A model generated the notes under the pieces. The model was given only the letters and a program-made list of their open reading frames with translations. It had not been told where the DNA came from and did no database searches. From the NCBI RefSeq assembly GCF_000010625.1, contig NC_010296.1:3660001-3692000 (forward strand): 32,000 bases of DNA, written 5' to 3'. Origin of the DNA: Microcystis aeruginosa NIES-843 (GTDB lineage Bacteria > Cyanobacteriota > Cyanobacteriia > Cyanobacteriales > Microcystaceae). Made by a program: the position numbers and the translations under genes. Of this stretch, positions 1 to 8,137 are shown piece by piece. Within the stretch, counting starts at the first letter, position 1; each line of letters begins with the position of its first letter.

Positions 1-1248
1 TTTAGGGAATGTCGAAAAGAGTTAGCTAAAGAAGGACTCATTGCCGAGTCTGCATTTGATGAGCTAACTAAAATTCTCACTTGTAAGTTTAACGAAGAGA
101 AAAGAGATGCTGAAGGCCTTGCACCCAATCGCTTTACATCTTCCTGGCTTCTTGGCAGTGGACCTCTAGCTGCTTTACAGCAAATGTTTACTGACGCAAA
201 ACAGACTTTTAATGTATTCCCTACGGGAACTCAAATTCAAATTAGAAGCAACGAAACTGTTGAAAAAATTGTTCGTGAATTAGAGCCTTTTGGTCTTTAT
301 GGTTTTAAGACACCACTTGGCTTGGCTGGAGCAGGAGGAGATGTAGTTGGTTCTGTTTATGAGGCCTTTCTTACTGGAACACTCCGAGGGGACTTAGGAC
401 AGTATTTAACCCCAAGACAATTAGTTGAGTTCATGGTTGAGATAGCTGATATAAAAATTGGAGAAAAAGTCCTTGATTTATCATGCGGAAGTGGTGGCTT
501 TCTTATTAGAGCGTTTATTAATGTCCGCAAAAAAATTCGATTTCTTGATTCTAGCCAAGATGAAAAAGATCATTTAGTTAGTAATCTTGTCACGAATAAT
601 CTATGGGGAATTGAGATAAATCCTCGGTTAGCCACTTTATGTCGAATAAATATGATTTTACATGGTGATGGCTATGAACATATTTATACAGGAGATTCAA
701 TTAGAGAAGATGTTTTTGAGAATACAGATGGACGCAGAACTGATTTTTTAAATATTGAGCAAAATAACGCAGCAATGTTTGATGTAATTCTCATTAATCC
801 CCCGTTCAATATACCCTATGAAGATTCTGCTACTTTAAACCGGTATTATCTAGGACGAGGTAAAGCTGCTCAAGGTTCAGACTATTTGGTTCTTGAGAGA
901 GCAATTCGACTATTAAAGCCTGAAACTGGACGTTTGCTAGTTATTTTGCCCCATGGTGTTGCCAGCGGAGTTTCCGAGACTGAAGTTCGCAACTTTGTGA
1001 AATCTCGTACACATATTCATGGTTGTATAAGCTTACCTGTCGGATCATTTAAGCCGTTTGGGGGGTCTAATGCTAGAACCTGTGTTTTGTATCTCAAGAA
1101 GACTACTGGAGACAATAAAAAGCGTTTTTTAGCACAAGCAGAACACGTTGGCTATGACATTACCTCAAAATATTATAGAGAAACTGATCTCAATGATTTA
1201 CCTGTTATCGCGGAAGCCTATCATAGAGTAAAACTAGAATTGCAATGA
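1..1248 (+). CDS. hsdM: Type I restriction-modification N6-adenine DNA methyltransferase (HsdM-like); 5' end lies outside the window
   Basis: Frame 1 is open from base 1 with no stop before the ORF-track Met at 184, so the gene is cut by the window edge. Motif order is gamma-class: SAM-binding DLSCGSGGFL, then catalytic LINPPFN. LGQYLTPRQLVEFMV is the typical HsdM pre-motif. Its stop overlaps the next gene's start (ATGA). Confidence 0.85.
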   Translation, partial: FRECRKELAKEGLIAESAFDELTKILTCKFNEEKRDAEGLAPNRFTSSWLLGSGPLAALQQMFTDAKQTFNVFPTGTQIQIRSNETVEKIVRELEPFGLYGFKTPLGLAGAGGDVVGSVYEAFLTGTLRGDLGQYLTPRQLVEFMVEIADIKIGEKVLDLSCGSGGFLIRAFINVRKKIRFLDSSQDEKDHLVSNLVTNNLWGIEINPRLATLCRINMILHGDGYEHIYTGDSIREDVFENTDGRRTDFLNIEQNNAAMFDVILINPPFNIPYEDSATLNRYYLGRGKAAQGSDYLVLERAIRLLKPETGRLLVILPHGVASGVSETEVRNFVKSRTHIHGCISLPVGSFKPFGGSNARTCVLYLKKTTGDNKKRFLAQAEHVGYDITSKYYRETDLNDLPVIAEAYHRVKLELQ

Positions 1249-1967
1249 CTATCGAGTTAATTAAACCAGACCCTTTAATATTAACAATCACTGAAGAATC
1301 AGCCCGTAGTATCGATACAGTTGATGCTGGTGCAGCTTATACACAATATTTGCATGAGCAAATAGGTGAGTTTGAACAGCAGCCTTTAGGAAACTTTGTA
1401 GATGTTGTATCAAGAAGCGTTAATCCACGCTCTAGTAGATATGCTGGTCAAATATTTGAATATATAGATTTACGAGAAGTAGATGATATTTATGGCTATA
1501 TATTAACTCTTAAACTTAATCAAGGAAATGAGATTGGAAGTACAAAACATCGCTTTCAAAAGAATGACATTCTCTTCGCCAAGATCATGCCCAGCTTGGC
1601 CAACAAAAAGATTGCGCTAGTAACTCAAGATGTAACTAACGCAGTAGCTTCAACTGAATTTATTGTTTTGCGAAAAAAATCACAAGCCGAGATTAATCTT
1701 TATTACCTTTTTCGGGCTTTACGTTCTGATCATTTTACCCGACAAGCGACAGCAAACGTTACTGGTGCAACGGGGCGACAGAGAATTAGCCCGTCTAGAT
1801 TACTAGAATTACAAATAATTGTTCCCCCAGAAGAGATTCAAACACAAATTGGAGATGCTGTCGAACAAGAGTTTACGCTAAGGACATTGGCGGCAGAACA
1901 ATCAAAGAAAGCTGATGACTTAGCTCAGCTTGTACTTGGTAATCTAACTCTTAGAACCGACAGCTAG
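1245..1967 (+). CDS. hsdS: Type I RM specificity subunit (HsdS-like), half-size with a single target-recognition domain
   Basis: 240 aa, against about 400-450 aa for two-TRD HsdS proteins. It has HsdS-type conserved-region motifs (STEFIVLR, TGATGRQRISPSRLLELQIIVPP). It is translationally coupled to the methylase by an ATGA overlap at 1245-1248. Confidence 0.75.
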   Translation: MTIELIKPDPLILTITEESARSIDTVDAGAAYTQYLHEQIGEFEQQPLGNFVDVVSRSVNPRSSRYAGQIFEYIDLREVDDIYGYILTLKLNQGNEIGSTKHRFQKNDILFAKIMPSLANKKIALVTQDVTNAVASTEFIVLRKKSQAEINLYYLFRALRSDHFTRQATANVTGATGRQRISPSRLLELQIIVPPEEIQTQIGDAVEQEFTLRTLAAEQSKKADDLAQLVLGNLTLRTDS

Positions 1968-1978
1968 AAAGCGCGGAA

Positions 1979-2100
1979 GGTAGGTTGGGTTGACGACTGT
2001 TACCCAACACCCCATCCAATAACCAGGCAAAATCATTTATAATTATTTGATAATAGGACATTGGTTGGGTTTCGTGCTAAATTCGTTGAGTATAGGCTAC
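1979..2100. repeat. GGTTGGGTT / AACCCAAC hairpin-type dispersed repeat (MITE-like, degenerate)
   Basis: taggttgggttgacgactgttacccaaca lies at 1981-2009 and ggttgggtttcgtgc...ataggctac at 2063-2100. A related copy, gtaggttgggttgaagcatgaaacccaac, lies near 13125. Confidence 0.4.
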
Positions 2101-2195
2101 ATATCAGGACAAGCAAAAGGGGGAATAGATAATCAGTTTTTAATAAACGGATTTAGGATCATTTTCCTTGGGTACTGACAGGAGGAACAAAACTG

Positions 2196-2516
2196 ATGCA
2201 GATAGAAATTCAAGGAGCCGATGCTATCAAAGTTGCTCAGGATATCGTCGAGATGGAAGGGGTGCAAGGCAGCTACGAAGTTATCTCCGAAGTGCAGAAA
2301 GAGGGAACCCTTGCTACCATCGCCACCATCATCGGCATTATTAGCGGAACAATCGCCATCGCTGAGAAATTGTACCAATTAAAGCGAAAAATTGACTCTC
2401 CTGAAACCCCGAAAATCGGACGAGTGTTAATTGTCAGCCAAAACGGCGATCGTCTGCTGCTCAAAGATGCTACCCTAGAGCAACTACAAAAACTCTTAGA
2501 ACAAGAAAAATCATGA
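2196..2516 (+). CDS. Small hypothetical protein (106 aa) with one central hydrophobic segment, coupled to the CHAT gene
   Basis: AGGAGG sits 8 nt upstream of the ATG. The hydrophobic stretch is LATIATIIGIISGTIAIA. Its TGA overlaps the ATG of the downstream CHAT ORF (tcATGAgg at 2513-2516). I recognise no family. Confidence 0.6.
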   Translation: MQIEIQGADAIKVAQDIVEMEGVQGSYEVISEVQKEGTLATIATIIGIISGTIAIAEKLYQLKRKIDSPETPKIGRVLIVSQNGDRLLLKDATLEQLQKLLEQEKS

Positions 2517-3073
2517 GGATACTGCATATTGATCTTCAGGAGAGGGGTAGCAATAGCGTTGAGTTCCGATTTTTCTGGGATAACCCCAACCAGACTCGTA
2601 CCTACACAAGATGCTTGAGTGAAATAGACCACCTAAGTAAAAAGGCCGACACCGATTACTATACCCGTTTACCAGAAGACCACGCCAGAACAGGACAAGG
2701 TTTGTACCGATGGTTAGATGGTACGGAGCGCATTCTACAGAACGAATTAGAGAGCCACCGGGGAGAGAAAATAGTTCTGGCTATCAGCACCAGCAAAAGA
2801 TTAGTCCATCTACCCTGGGAACTCCTACACGATGGTCAGGGTTTTTTGGTAGAGAAAAGACCTGCCATTATTCCCGTGCGGTGGTTTTCCAATAATAGAC
2901 CGAATCAGATTGTCAGTCCGCCGCCAAACCGTCCCCTCAACTTGCTCTTTATGGCTACCTCTCCGCTAGGCGTTGAACCCGTCTTAGATTACGAAGCAGA
3001 AGAGGGGCAAATTTTAGGAGCCACCCAGCGCAATCCGGTGAACTTGAGAGTAGAAGAAAGTGGTTGTTTAAAT

Positions 3074-4291
3074 AGACCTCTTGCATAATTTTTTTATGGT
3101 ATAATATAAGGTTTTGCTTTTTTCTCAATTCTTAGATTGAAGTGGAAAAAAGAATAAAATGTGATCTTAGGTCAGGAAATCATCTATAATTTTGCTATGT
3201 TTATTAGCAAAATTATGGATTATCAAAACTTATCAGATGAACAATTCAAACGCCGTTTCGGTGTGTATAAACAAACCTATAGAAAGATGGTAGAATCAGT
3301 AAAAAGTGTTGAAGCCGACTCTAATTCACCATCTAAAAGGGGACCGAAACCTAAACTATCTATAGAAGAACAAGTTTTAGTAACGTTAGAATATTGGCGA
3401 GAATATAGAACATATTTTCACATTGGTACAAGCTGGGAACTATCAGAATCAACTATATGTCGGATTGTAAATAAGACGGAAAAAATGCTTTTACAATCGG
3501 GAAACTTCCGTTTAAAAGGAAAAAAAGCTTTACTCAATCAAGCAGAGATACCGGTCATAACGGTAATGGATGTAACGGAAACTCCCATTGAACGCCCCCA
3601 AAAGAAACAGAAAGATTTTTTTTCGGGTAAAAGAGGTTATCATACTTTAAAATCCCAATTAGTAGCTGATCAAAATACAAAGGAAATTATCTGTGTCTTT
3701 TGTGGGAAAGGTAGAGGTCATGATTTTAGTTTATTTAAAAAAAGTCGAGTTCGTTTTCATCCTTTAACTACCAGCATAGAAGACAGTGGTTATCAGGGAA
3801 TAGCTGCATACCATAGTAATAGTTATACACCGAAAAAGAAATCGAAAAATAGAAAATTAACAGAGTTAGAAAAAGAGTATAACAAGGCTTTAGCCAAAGA
3901 AAGGATTATCATTGAACCTATAAATAGGAAACTCAAAATCTTTAAAATCTTATCCTGTAAATATCGGAATCGTCGTCGAAGATATAGTTTAAGAGTTAAC
4001 TTGTTGGCGGCTATTTATAACTGTGAGTTAGGGATAGGTATAGCAGCTTCTTAAAAGTTGCCTAAAGATTAATCAAGTCAAGGAGAATTTATTCTCAATT
4101 TTTATAATTGAGATAGTTTGTGCCGCTTAAATAAAGAGGTTTTGATAACCAAATTAAAGCAGCTCTAAAGAGTTTTGAGTTAAAAGTTAAACTTCAAGTT
4201 TTCATTCAGGACAAATGTACTGATTAACTAATTTTTTGGGGAAAATTAGTTAACCCATCATTATAACATATAATTAATTTGCAAGAGTTCT
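3074..4291 (+). mobile_element. IS5-family insertion sequence (PIF/Harbinger-like DDE transposase), 1218 bp
   Basis: The terminal inverted repeats are AGACCTCTTGCA (3074-3085) and the reverse complement of 4280-4291, AGAACTCTTGCA. A 3-bp direct duplication AAT lies at 3071-3073 and 4292-4294; bases 3070/4291 and 3074/4295 differ, so the duplication is exactly 3 bp. One transposase ORF lies inside. Confidence 0.85.
3215..4054 (+). CDS. IS5-family DDE transposase
   Basis: N-terminal HTH region (LSIEEQVLVTLEYWREYRTYFHIGTSWELSESTICR). Candidate DDE residues sit in VMDVTE, EDSGYQG and IIEPINRKLK. The ATG at 3215 (MDYQNL) is preferred over the GTG at 3161 used by the ORF track. Confidence 0.8.
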   Translation: MDYQNLSDEQFKRRFGVYKQTYRKMVESVKSVEADSNSPSKRGPKPKLSIEEQVLVTLEYWREYRTYFHIGTSWELSESTICRIVNKTEKMLLQSGNFRLKGKKALLNQAEIPVITVMDVTETPIERPQKKQKDFFSGKRGYHTLKSQLVADQNTKEIICVFCGKGRGHDFSLFKKSRVRFHPLTTSIEDSGYQGIAAYHSNSYTPKKKSKNRKLTELEKEYNKALAKERIIIEPINRKLKIFKILSCKYRNRRRRYSLRVNLLAAIYNCELGIGIAAS

Positions 4292-7020
4292 AATGAGTTA
4301 GGCTATGTAGTTCGGGAATATGACCAAGGCTACTTTGATGTCTTTCACTTAACAGGTCATGCAACTCATCAGGACGGAAAACCCTGCTTTCTCACCGAGG
4401 ATGAGTATGGCAACCAGGTTGATAGCGACACCAATGCCATTTATGATGCGATCAATCGTTCTTCTTTACCGCCTTTAATTTTCCTCTCTGGTTGCCGTAC
4501 AGGTTATGCTCCTGACAGCGCAGTTCCCTCCATGGCGGAAGAATTTTTGCACTTGGGGGCAAAAGCTGTTTTGGGTTGGGGAGAAAGGGTTCTAGATACG
4601 GATGCAGCAGTGGCAGCGAAGGAATTGTACGGACATTTATCCCAAGGGGAAACGGTAATTGAGGCCCTATCTGCTACCTATAGAGCCTTAATTGACCAGC
4701 AAGCAAGGGATTGGCATAAACTGCGCTTATATGTAGGAAACACTCTACCTCAAGCCCTAGTAACTCCCTTAAGGACACCGCAACGCACACAACTGCCAAA
4801 ACCGACAATTACCAGAGAATTTAGAGATGATGAAAATCGGCTTAGGGTGGTCAAAAGGGAAGAGTTTGTCGGTCGTCGTCGCCAGTTACAGAATTGTTTG
4901 CGAACGCTGAAAACGGATTGGGAAAAGGTTGGGGTACTAATTCATGGTATGGGAGGATGGGGAAAAAGTAGTATCGCCTCTCGACTGTGGGAGAGATTGC
5001 CTGAATCGGAAAAGCTTCTCTGGTGGCGACAAATTGATGAAGTTTATTTGATAAGAAAGTTAAAAGATAAACTCATCAATCCTAAAACTAGAGAACTTAT
5101 TGCTGATTTAGAAAACAATCAAATTGAACTTAAATCTCGATTATCTTACCTATTCATTCGGTTAGCTGAATTGGGAGAAAAACCGTTTCTTCTGATTCTT
5201 GATGACTTTGAATGGAATCTTGAACCCCGTGACGGTCGCTACATTCTTAAGGCTCCAGTCGCCCCGATTTTAGCAGCATTAGTCACGGCAATCCAAGAAA
5301 CGGGAACTGACCATCGGATTCTGATTACTTGTCGCTACGAGTTCGATTCTGATTTATTAGAGGCTTTTTTCTTGCAGGGATTAGAACCATTTAGAAAAGC
5401 CGAACTGACTAAAAAACTCGCTCGTCTAGCCAATTTTACCCCGGATCAACTTCCTGAACCTCTCAGGGAAAGGGCGTTGAATTTAGCCGATGGAAATCCT
5501 CGATTACTAGAATTTCTCAATAATGATGTTTTAGATAGAGAAGATGCAGAAGCTCAATTAGCTGAACTAGAAAATAGTCCCGATTTGTGGAAAGATAAAA
5601 TTATTTGGCAGGAACTGTACCAGCTTATCGATCAGCCATTACAGCAGGTTCTTAGTCATTGTTTAATCTATGAGATACCCGTCCCGATGGTAGCTTTAAA
5701 AGCTGTTTGTAGCTCCATTTCTAATTACCAAGGACAATTAAAACGGGGGTTAGATTTGGGGCTGATTGAGATTAGTTCTGAAGTTCAAGAAGAGGATCGA
5801 GTTTATCGTGTCTCTCGAATTTTACCTAATATTATTTCCTCTGTCCAACATCCGGTCGCAACAGAGGTTTATTCATTATCTAGGAAAGCTCATGATAAAT
5901 TATATGAATTATGGGGAAATAAAGAGAACAAAAACGAGGAAAGATGGGCAGAGATTTTTCGTCTAGCTTTTGCAGAGATAGAAAACCCTGAAAGGTTTAG
6001 GGAACAATTCGATAAGATGATCTCGGTACAATATCACAAAGAGGCTGATCGCGCCTACGAAAAAGAACTGAGAAAATCAAGGGAATATCTCATAAAAAAC
6101 CAAGGGCAAATCTATCAAAAACTAGAGAAGTACCTAGAGCAAAAGGATTGGAAAAAAGCCGACTACGAAACCGCTTTCATTATGTATCAGTGGATGGTTA
6201 TAGAAAATTTTGATAAGATATATGATCTTTTTAAAGAAGTATCGCTAGAGGTAATTAATGAGATTGACCGTCTCTGGATGCACTACAGCGAAAGGAAATT
6301 TGGCATTAAAGGACAGGCCAAAATTTACCGTGACCTTGGGGGGAAAGAAGAATATAATCGGGAAGTATGGGGTAGTTTTGGCGATTACATAGGTTGGAAA
6401 CAAGGAGAACGATGGTTTAATTTGGGCAATATGGAAGTAGCATATCGTACTCCAGAAACCCATTATAATCACTTCCCCGTACTAATGTACTGCCGAGGAG
6501 ATTTGCGTTATTGGGACATTTGGGGTGAGGTTTACTGGGGTTTTTATGGGAGGCTGGCTTATCCTGGGATGAATCCTAGGGGTATTGGATCTCTTCTCTC
6601 GCGTCAAGACTTAAAGGACTGTAGCATATAGGGTTACAAGATTTTGTGAACAATTATTAACGAGTAATTTTCCACGAAGCCATGCGGGTTCTGGGTTTTC
6701 GATACCTGTCACCGAGGGGTCAGCCACTCGCCCGATGTTTTTGTAGTATGGTTCCTACTAGAAAGTTATGGGTGAGAAAATCTTTGTGTTCTTTGTGCCT
6801 TTGTGGTTCTTTCTTGCGCTTTTTGGTAATCTTCACTGCAAATCATCCCATGTAGAATTTCTGGCAATTTATCGATTAAATTTCTGGCTTTTTGTTTAAT
6901 GTTTTTTATTTCCATAATGGTTTCCAAAATGACTCCTGACAGTTTACATTATCAACTATTCATTATTAATTAAAAGGGCGATCGCAAAATTACGCCTTCT
7001 TAAAAAAGAGATGAAACACC

Positions 7021-7665
7021 TTAAGCAAAACCCAAAGGTTGAAACTGAGTATCATTGATAATTTTAACCGTTTCCCCCGACTGCTTAATCACAAACAAAC
7101 CGCGCCGATAGGCATAGACATCTATCCCCTGATCAATTTCAATGCCTGCCACTGCCCCATAAACCCGAAACTCTCGAAATTGGGGGAAAGCAACCTTAAA
7201 TCGCTGTAATCGGCTGACAAAATCATCTACATCATCCCTCGACAGTCGAGATTTACATTCCACAGCCACCAACTCGCTCCCATTCACCGCCACAATATCA
7301 ATCTCCATTGCCGCCCCAGAACGCTTACTTTTCAAGCGACTCATCGTTTGGGTGACATCAATGCCCCGTTCCTGAAATAAACGCACAACCGCAGGCTCTA
7401 CCATTTCTTCAACGAATCTGCCCCAGCGTGTTGTTAGGTTATTAACAGCTTTGGTCGTTTCTTGTACCTGTTTTTTTAATTCTTCCATCGTGCGATTAGC
7501 TTCCTCTCTGCGGCGATCAGCTTCGGCACTGCGGCGATCAGCTTCGGCACTGCGGCGATCGGCTTCGGCACTGCGGCGATCAGCTTCCTTTTGAAACTCG
7601 GCAAATTGGGCCTCAGTTCTTTCAAATAACTTGTAAATATCGGCGATCGTTACAGCGTCTGACAT
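7021..7665 (-). CDS. PD-(D/E)XK nuclease-fold protein with N-terminal coiled coil (DUF3782-like cyanobacterial family)
   Basis: The C-terminal half has a D...E-x-K arrangement (MEIDIVAVNGSELVAVECKS). The N-terminal half is a charged helix with EADRRSA repeats. The ATG at 7665 (MSDAV) or the one at 7701 could be the start. Confidence 0.6.
   Translation of the reverse strand: MSDAVTIADIYKLFERTEAQFAEFQKEADRRSAEADRRSAEADRRSAEADRRREEANRTMEELKKQVQETTKAVNNLTTRWGRFVEEMVEPAVVRLFQERGIDVTQTMSRLKSKRSGAAMEIDIVAVNGSELVAVECKSRLSRDDVDDFVSRLQRFKVAFPQFREFRVYGAVAGIEIDQGIDVYAYRRGLFVIKQSGETVKIINDTQFQPLGFA
7508..7587. repeat. 21-bp tandem repeat x3.8 inside the CDS (encodes EADRRSA heptads)
   Basis: The unit ctgcggcgatcagcttcggca starts at 7508, 7529, 7550 (one a-to-g change) and 7571 (partial). 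Confidence 0.95.
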
Positions 7666-8137
7666 AGGAAGATTCTTCAAGCTTGAGGAGTCTAGTCCCA
7701 TTCTAGCGACTTGGCCCAGAAAAAATGTCCCTAGCTTCTCATCCGTGTTTTTTCAATCAATTATTGACTATCAACTAATCAGCGATCGCAGTTCAAGGGG
7801 AAGGGGTCAAAGGTCAAAAGGCGATCGCGTTTTTAATGGATAATAGGCAATTGACAATGGATAATTATCAACCATAGCTCCTGCGGCCATGGGCTACTAT
7901 TTTAATCATCAGGAAGAAATCAACCTGGAAATCACCCAAGAATGGGATCAGGTACAAATTAGCATAACGCGAATAGCTAAATCACCTTTTTACAACGGGA
8001 GGAAAGAAGTGACTTTTTCCCCGCCCTTCCCCCGAATGCACCCCGTAACTGATATAAGTAGAGATGTAGGTCTATAACCAAAATTGCCGCATCAGTTCGG
8101 TTAGGTGACTGTTTTTCGCTTGTCTAGGAGGGTAGAT

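Larger units (their letters stand above)
2513..6631 (+). pseudogene. CHAT (caspase-like protease)-NB-ARC/AP-ATPase STAND NTPase-GUN4-like domain protein, interrupted by an IS
   Basis: The N-terminal part (2513-3073) ends ...RVEESGCLN. The same frame resumes at 4295 as ELGYVVREYDQGYFDVFHLTGHA...LIFLSGCRTG, which supplies the CHAT His/Cys dyad. Walker A is GMGGWGKSS and Walker B is FLLILDDFEW, with ILITCRYE and GNPRLLEFL as NB-ARC-like motifs. The C-terminus carries a GUN4 signature (DWKKADYET...IDRLWMHYSERKFGIKGQAKIYRDLGG...FGDYIGWK...THYNHFP). Removing 3074-4294 gives one 965-codon ORF. Confidence 0.85.

Noticed and set aside
2133-2632. Minus-strand ORFs 2133-2378 and 2273-2632, and plus-strand ORF 2710-2895
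   Set aside because: They overlap the better-supported small protein and the CHAT N-terminus in other frames or on the other strand. They have no motifs or ribosome-binding sites.
5766-6472. ORFs 5766-5966 (+) and 6245-6472 (-) inside the CHAT-NB-ARC-GUN4 gene
   Set aside because: They are alternative-frame or antisense ORFs within a strongly supported coding region.
6770-6914. Short minus-strand ORF MEIKNIKQKARNLIDKLPE... resembling the N-terminus of a small cyanobacterial antitoxin-like family
   Set aside because: Only about 48 codons. The expected continuation (NSTWDDL...) is in another frame and stops at once, so it is at best a frameshifted remnant. It is too weak to annotate.
7889-8077. 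62-aa ORF upstream of the coiled-coil gene
   Set aside because: It has no Shine-Dalgarno sequence and no recognisable motif, and it lies in a region with promoter-like AT-rich sequence and HIP1 sites. It cannot be supported or excluded from sequence alone.
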